Positions 57,406 through 64,000 of a DNA stretch of 64,000 bases are shown here, in pieces. Source of the DNA: Paramoeba atlantica (Eukaryota; Protista; Discosea); contig CDRNVI010000164.1 in the NCBI GenBank assembly GCA_977017575.1, forward strand, positions 430,399 to 494,398. The letters run 5' to 3'. The notes under the pieces are model-generated. The model was not told the origin of the DNA and ran no database searches. It saw only the letters and a list, made by a program, of their open reading frames with translations. Position 1 is the first letter of the stretch. Every line of letters begins with the position of its first letter. The translations under genes and the position numbers were made by a program.

Positions 57406-60400
57406 TCAGGAACTAATTCCCTTAACCTGTTCGAGAAACAAATTGCAAACAGGATCTTGAGACTGAAGAAAACTGGTTAAATCAGTCCCGTAAGGAGAAA
57501 GGGAGACTTTCAAAGTGGGATCGGGAGAGACTTCTCGAGAATGCATTGATCCTTGTTGGGAACAAAACACAATAAACTGGGAAAGTTGGCTATGACAAGC
57601 CTCAAATTCAGAGTGCTGTTGACAGAATGTAAGGATCCTGAAAAAAGTGATGGCCATCAATCGAGATTCTTGTGGGAGTAACCCGTGTAGGGGGAACGAA
57701 ATTAGACAATGAAGAAGCTTCCCAAAAACCTCTCTTTCATTTTGGAATTGGGACAAAACAAAATTCGGATCCAATGCAATTAAACGACCAAACAACAACA
57801 AGTAATAAACTTTCAGATGTTCTTCCTCACCACAACTCACTTGAAGGCCAAGGAGCCGATCAATGATTCGTCTAAGTAAATCGACCGTCACAGGAGGATC
57901 AATCTTTACAATTCGAGTGGTAAAAGCATGAAAGATCGTAAAAGCGTTCAGTGCCATTGGTGCTGAAACCTCATCAAGAATTTTCCAAGTTAAGTGCAAA
58001 ATTAAGTGGGAGTGTGTCCTGATACCTTGATCATCTCCCAAACATAAATAATGGAGCAAGACATGGAGAATAGGGAGGGTTTGCTCGAAGAGACTCCCAT
58101 CGATGATAGGTTGTAATAGGGGAAGAAGACCCCACAGTTCTTGGGGAAAAGATTGTTTGGTTGTTTGCCTCAAAATGGAGTGCCAAAGTCGAACTCCATC
58201 TTCAAGTAAGTCCTCTTGAGATTCAGATGTAACGACATTCAAGGAATCTTGAATTAAAGGAAGAATTCGGAGAAGTTGAGGCAGAGGTAATCCTGGTCCA
58301 TGAGCTTTTACCACACGCCTTAAACTTCTCAAGATATTAAGACGCAAAAGCTCTGCTTCACTGTCATGATTCAAGTTCCACAAATGGGTAAGCAAAGAAA
58401 AGAGAGAATCTAACGCAGCTTGGATATCTTTTCCAAGAATTTTCACTATTTCTGACACAACGTTTAAAACTTGGATATGGATAAAACTTCGACGCAAACG
58501 AGTAACTAGATCGATTAAATAAGAGAAGATCTCGGAAACAAAAGGGAAGAAAGCCTCTTTGTTAAAATCAAACCCCATCACAACATTTCTTAATGCAATG
58601 GAACCCCAAATTCTGACGACTAAATCTTCTTCAGTTCGAAGGAGAAAACGGAGAGTCGAGTAGATTACTGGGCTGAGTTCTTTTGGAATTTCAATTCCGG
58701 AGAGACAAAACCAATTTTCAATGATAACTGCAATCCGTCGACGGATGAGACGATATCGAGGGTCTTGGAACTGGAGGTCAAGAGCAAATGATTTCTCAAA
58801 TAACTCTTCAAATGACACTTGGTCTTTCAAGTCAAGACCACAGAGAGCCAAAGCGTTGTAGACAGCATCTTTTTGCAAGATCGATAGAAGGGGGATATTT
58901 GGATTTCTCTCCGCTTTTAAACAACCGCCAAGAAGATCGAGAATCACTGGAAGGCAACATTGAGGCGATTTTTGACAAAGAGTCGAAAACAAGATTTCAG
59001 CACAAGGGCGAACACGTTCTTGCCAAGAGTTAAGTTCCGTCATTACAAGTTGTTCGGGATCATTTTCCCATTCTTCAAGATCTGTCGGAGTCATCACAAA
59101 ATATACACAAATGAGAAGTCGGCAAAGTTCTTGGATCGTTTGAGGGGTAAAGTAAGTGTCAAGTGCGCTAGCTGCTTCGAGAACCTAAAAAAGTTTTTTT
59201 TTTTTGATTAATATTTCCAAGTAAAGTTTGGTCAACAACAAAGAGAAAAAAATATCAAGAAATAAGAAAAATTAATCCACAAAAAGAAGTCTCTGATTTA
59301 CGAACCTAATATAAATATAATCACAATTAAACAACAACAAAAAAAAAAAAAAAGAAAAGTTTACCTGAGAATTTTGTGAATCATCTCCTGAGGTGACTCG
59401 GTACTCAAGCGTATTCAAAACGTCGTGAAAGAAGGTCAAAGAACCAATACAAAACTTCTCAAATTCAATGAAACCATTGACAGATCGTTCTTCATTCGAA
59501 AGAAACTGAGCAAGAGTGTTTAAAGAAAGCGTCAAATGGTGTCGAAAAGCAAGTGGCTCTTTTTCTTGCATCGCCAAGATCGTTCGAATCCCAAGAAGCA
59601 TCAACTTTGAATAAGTTTTTTGCAAAAAGGGAATCTTTTTTCTGAAGGAATCGAATTGGGGAAAATAGAGGAGAATTTGGTGAACCCATTGACGGATAGC
59701 TTTTCCATGTGCACCAAAGACTTTTCCTTTACTTTGCCAAGTTGCACCATTTGAAAGAGAAAGATTCCCACCGCTCCCGCTACCACCACCACTGCTACTG
59801 CTACTACTACTACTACTACTACTCCCATCTGATGATGCAAGATTTTCGCTCGATTGATTTTCAGAAATCTCAAAGAGACCCGCCTGAAACATCGATAAGA
59901 AAAGTCGGAAACAAGCAATGTTGAAATCTCCAAGACAGAGGAGAGATGGTCCTTTGGTCTCAATTTCGGTTGGAAGAAGAGATGATGTTTCAGCTAAAAG
60001 TTCTTCAACAGAGAGACGCCATTCAAAAAGAAGAATTTTAAGTACAAAGGGCATAATGTTTCGAAAACAGAGAATCGCAGATTGACGTGAACTATTCTCG
60101 ACGACCATTCGAAGTGCTTTTGCGGAATTAAGACGTTGATGAGGGATACGAATTTGGAGTTGGGTTAAAAGTTGAGAGATTACATCTGGCCAGATTTCAG
60201 GAAAGTCAAACGTTGATATTTGTGCGATGGAGAGGTTGCATTGCTCGCTTACCAATCGATCCTCCACTTTTAATGATTCGAGGAAAATTTCTCGGATTCT
60301 TTTCTTCAACATCTCGTTCAACAAATTCCAGTTTGTTCGAATTAAATTTTTGACAACAACAATAGCTGATAAACGAAGACTCGGTTCACACATGTTCGGG

Positions 60401-60573
60401 GTCAGAGCGAGCTGTAAAAGACCCAGATACAAACCTTCGTTTTCCTTCATCCCATCAAACTGATTCTCAACAGCAATTCGTGTTTCATTATCATGAGATC
60501 TTAACTGAGAAAGGAGATGGACAAGAAAGGGAGGGTCGACACCATTCTGCACCACAGCGTCGTGGTGAGACAT
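57406..60573 (-). CDS. IPO11: Importin-11 (importin-beta family)
   Basis: IBN_N (LRLSAIVVVKNLIRTNW..SIAQISTFDFPEIWPDVI), DLEEWENDPE..WQERVRPCAEILF, LQKDAVYNAL, LIRRRIAVIIENW. Last exon boundary uncertain. Confidence 0.88.
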
Positions 60574-60825
60574 TTCATTGAACGCAAAACACAAAACGCA
60601 AAACGCGGGTTGGAAGAAAAAAACCAAAACGCACAAAAAAAAAAAAGAAACACAAAAAAAAAGAAACACAAAAAAGAAACACAAAAAAGAAACACAAAAA
60701 AAAAACAAGAGGGGAAAAATCTCTATTAAGCAAAAAATAAGAAACTTTTTAGCGCCCTAAAAATAATTTGATGACGTGAGACAAAAAGTCTTTCTTTTTT
60801 TGCGTTTTCTGGTTGGCCCGAAACG

Positions 60826-61473
60826 ATGTTTTCTATCGCTCGCTCTTCTTTCCGTGTTGCCAACTCTGGTGTTGGTTCTCAAATTGCTCGAAGACAAATG
60901 TCTGGAGTCCCTTCTGCACCTATTCTTTCTGGTTTGTGACGTTTTTTTGGTCTTTTTTTATTTGTTATGTTGTTGGTGATTTTTGGGGAAAAAGGGGAGG
61001 TAGGAGGAGAGCTTTCTCTTTGAAACCAAAATTTCCCTTCCTTAAAGCACCCTTTTTCATTTTTTTTTTTCATTTTTTGTTGGAAAGGTTGTGGTTGGGT
61101 TGATTCGCAACACTATTTGCGAAAATCACACCAATCTGCGAAACTCACAATTTTTGTTTTTCTCTCTCTCCTTTTATTGAGAAAAAATTGACACTTTTTT
61201 TTAGGAAAAGTTAACAAGTGGTATTTGATTTCTTTGGGAGCAGGAGTTCCTGTCCTCTTGTTTACTGCTTATACGACCATTAAAGAATTGTCTGGACATC
61301 ATGGACATCGGGGGTGAGTCTTTCTTTTTTTTTTTTGACCATCCAACCAAGAAGATTTTCTAATCGATTTCCGTTTCAGAACTGACTATAAGCACCTTCA
61401 AATCAGAACAAGACGATTTCCATGGGGAGATGGAACTGTTTCCTTTTTCAACCGTGGCAAATCCGACCATTAA
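60826..61473 (+). CDS. COX6A: Cytochrome c oxidase subunit 6A (Cox13); not in the ORF track
   Basis: Exons 60826-60931, 61205-61313 and 61380-61473 give presequence MFSIARSSFRVA...RRQMS, KWYLISLGAGVPVLLFTAY, HHGHRG and YKHLQIRTRRFPWGDGTVSFFN. Confidence 0.9.
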
Positions 61474-61648
61474 TTATCTGAAAAAGTAAAGATATCTTTT
61501 TAAAGAATTACTCCTGCCCTCCCCCTTTTTTTTTTTTCGGAAATCAACAACACCACAACAGCATGCTGTTTTTTTCTCTCTCACCTTTCCCTCCCCCCCA
61601 AATCTCTCTTCTCTCTTCTCTCTCTCTCTTTCTCTTTCTCTTTCCTTC

Positions 61649-64000
61649 TTATACACAAAATGTTTCAATTGAATAACTTCCTTGCGATCGAAATTTGGCT
61701 TCCTTCCGATGAGTCAAGTTCCAGAGATGACCCGCAATCGTACTAAGTTCTTTCGAGATGAGAATTTCCTCTTGAACAAGAAGAGATATGTCGAGTAAAA
61801 GTGAGCAACATTCTTTCGAGAAAAGAAGAGTGGAAAGGTGGGAATCGATCAAGGACATAGTCCATTCAAGGCAATGTTCCAATGAGGGAGATTTGAAGAT
61901 TACTTCTGAGATTGTGAGTTCCCCTCCAATCTTGAAGCAAGATTCGCCAGCAAGTCTCTCTTTCAATTTCAGTAAAAGGAAGATCACGTCGTTTTCTTTT
62001 AACATTGTCAATGCAAGGCGAAGAAAATCGTCATTGACTGGTCTCCGTAACAAAAGGTTCAGTAGGAGTTCCACAATTTCTTTGTTCGACAAGACACGTT
62101 CATCCTCAGAGACTTTGAAGTGGCTCTGTGCCAATCGTTCAAATTTTACACCATTTACGGTTGATTGGACGAGAAATTGAATGATTTTCACAAGATCCAC
62201 CTCTGAGATATCATGAATGAAACGGAGACAATCTCTGAGAATGTCAACTCGCTGATGCTCAATAACCATAGGGATAAGAGTTGGAAAAGATCGAGAGTAG
62301 AAGTAATGAGATTCAATCAATGTTTTCAAAGGAACCCAAAATCCTGTGGGATTATTTTTTTTTTTAAAAAAAAAAAGAATGGTTTAGTTTTGATCAGACT
62401 CATTGTAACCAAACGGAAGAAAAAAAAACCTGAATTCGAATTCCCGGCACACTCTGCCAGACAACGTTTCCCGACTGATTGTACAAAATTAAAAGACAGA
62501 TTTGGATCATCATGAGATCGAAGCTTTTGTTCAACGAGAGCCTTTTTCCGATTTCCTGAAATTGCCGAATACACCCTCATGTCAGTTTTGGGGGTAATGA
62601 ATTTCAACTTTGGAGGATCAAAGACACCGGTTTCACCTTTTCGAAAAGAAAGAAAATCAGAAAAAATCAGAAAAAAAAAAGAACAAAAAAAGATTCTAAT
62701 AATAAAATCGAAATAAAAACCTTCAATCTGAATGCTATCTACAAAAGGTTGAAAAATCTTCATAAATGCCTCAATCGAAGAACTCTTTTTAGGGTTTGTG
62801 AGAGCCATAATTGTTTCCTGCTCGCGCTTTTCCCTCGAGAAAAAGGATTCTTCAAATCTTTGGCAACCTGTCTCTTGATCTAGAAAAATAATATTATTTT
62901 GTCAATACAATGCTCACTCCAACAACACAGAATTTAAAGTCACATTACACAACAGAAAGAGAAGGGGGAAAAAAGGGTCTCAAAAAAGTAGACCTGTAAT
63001 TACTGGGCTGAGTTCCATTTTTGTATAAGTTGAAAGAGGCCCTTGGGAGAGCTTTTCTTTTGTTGCAGGATCGACATACAGAAGTGTGTTTTGAGCTTTT
63101 CCCATAAGCGATGCGAGAGAAGAACCCTCAGGGAAGCTGATTGGGGAAACAACGATCGAATCAGGAAGAGCAATTGAAACAAAGTGGGCATTGCGACTTT
63201 TGATAAGTTGAAGATAATCTGAAGTTGTTGAGGTGATTGATTGAGAGGAATGGAGAGTACCAAAGTTTGTGTCCCAGATTGTAAAATGAAGTGAAAAGTT
63301 GCCACTTTCATCTTGTCTCTGGCCAAGCATTCCAAGGTAAGACGAGTTGAGAAATACAATTGTAACCGGTTTTGGTGATGATGAAGCCGCGGAAGATTGT
63401 TCTTCAACAAGGTTCTTCTTTCGCTTTCTTTTAGGAGTTGACGAAAGTTCCATCTGGTCTTCAGGTTGGGAATCAGTTGAAGTAAACGCAGAGACACGAT
63501 GACCAAAAACTTTGGTCAAGGAAAGAGAGTTGCTGCTTTGTTCATCCGATTGTCCAAGCTGATATGAATACACTTCCCATTCTCCATCATCCCAAAATAG
63601 AGACACTTTACGAGAGCTTTGATCAATAGTGAAAGAAGAACAAACCCTTCGAGTGGAGTTCTGCTTTTTCTTGGGTGATTGTACTTTCAATTGTGCAAAG
63701 GGTTTCGAGCTCGATTGTGACAAAAGTTCATAATTCTTGATATTAGAATCACCATTTTCAATTTTCGCAGGTAATCCAACTGAAATTATTTCCAGGAACA
63801 CTTCCGAAGATTTACCTTTTAATTGAAGAAAGATATCGACACAACACTTATGAGTGTCTGGATTCGTCGTTTCCGACGGAGAAAGGAAGACAGAGGCACC
63901 AATCACCTCGACCTTATCCTTTCTGGAGAGTTTGAACATATGAGGATTTTCGAGGAACTTTTGGTCAATCACTCCAAGTTCACCATTCTGAAACACAATC
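61649..64000 (-). CDS. NOL11: Nucleolar protein 11 (t-UTP / Utp8-like); 5' end beyond the window
   Basis: C-terminus DISEVDLVK, LLNLLLRRPVNDDFL, PSLEHCLEWTMSLIDSH, LVQEEI...GSYSIE matches the recalled NOL11 C-terminal pattern; beta-propeller-like N-terminal part (TIWDTNFGTL). Confidence 0.8.

Overview
Gene-dense, intron-rich, AT-rich eukaryotic (protist) nuclear DNA, standard code, with short GT-AG introns full of poly-T/poly-A. An amoebozoan origin is plausible but is inference only. About 27 protein-coding loci were reconstructed by hand across introns. Recognisable housekeeping genes: RPL32, RNASEK, PRP4 kinase, ITFG1, TOM40, an MFS transporter, an O-fucosyltransferase-like protein, mitochondrial SerRS, a 2-Cys peroxiredoxin, a RhoGAP, FAM133-like, PRIM1, importin-11, COX6A and NOL11. 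Three regions stand out. (1) 56432-57193: a ~210-bp-period array of four Pol III-type tRNA-like genes whose anticodon loop is replaced by a ~60-nt structured insertion (two hairpins, GNRA cap, compensatory changes). No canonical splice yields a normal anticodon loop, and the acceptor stem is Ala-like with the G-U wobble shifted to 4-69. (2) 54107-56112: a complete hAT-type DNA transposon (9-bp TIRs, 8-bp TSD, CGGTTAACCG subterminal repeats) 30 bp upstream of PRIM1. It has no intact transposase but carries an intact intronless CYTH/thiamine-triphosphatase-like gene that lacks the catalytic ExExK glutamates. (3) 28951-33397: five paralogous three-exon genes for small, probably myristoylated proteins with a tandem C5H3 metal-binding repeat I cannot assign to a named family, with a hypervariable loop and visible duplication scars. 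Unusual domain architectures also occur: GST(eEF1B-gamma type) fused to eEF1B GEF, FHA-FYVE-CARMIL-like LRR, UBL-A20-AN1, and an NLS-bearing peroxiredoxin. All family assignments come from recalled motifs; no database search was run, and exon boundaries are manual.
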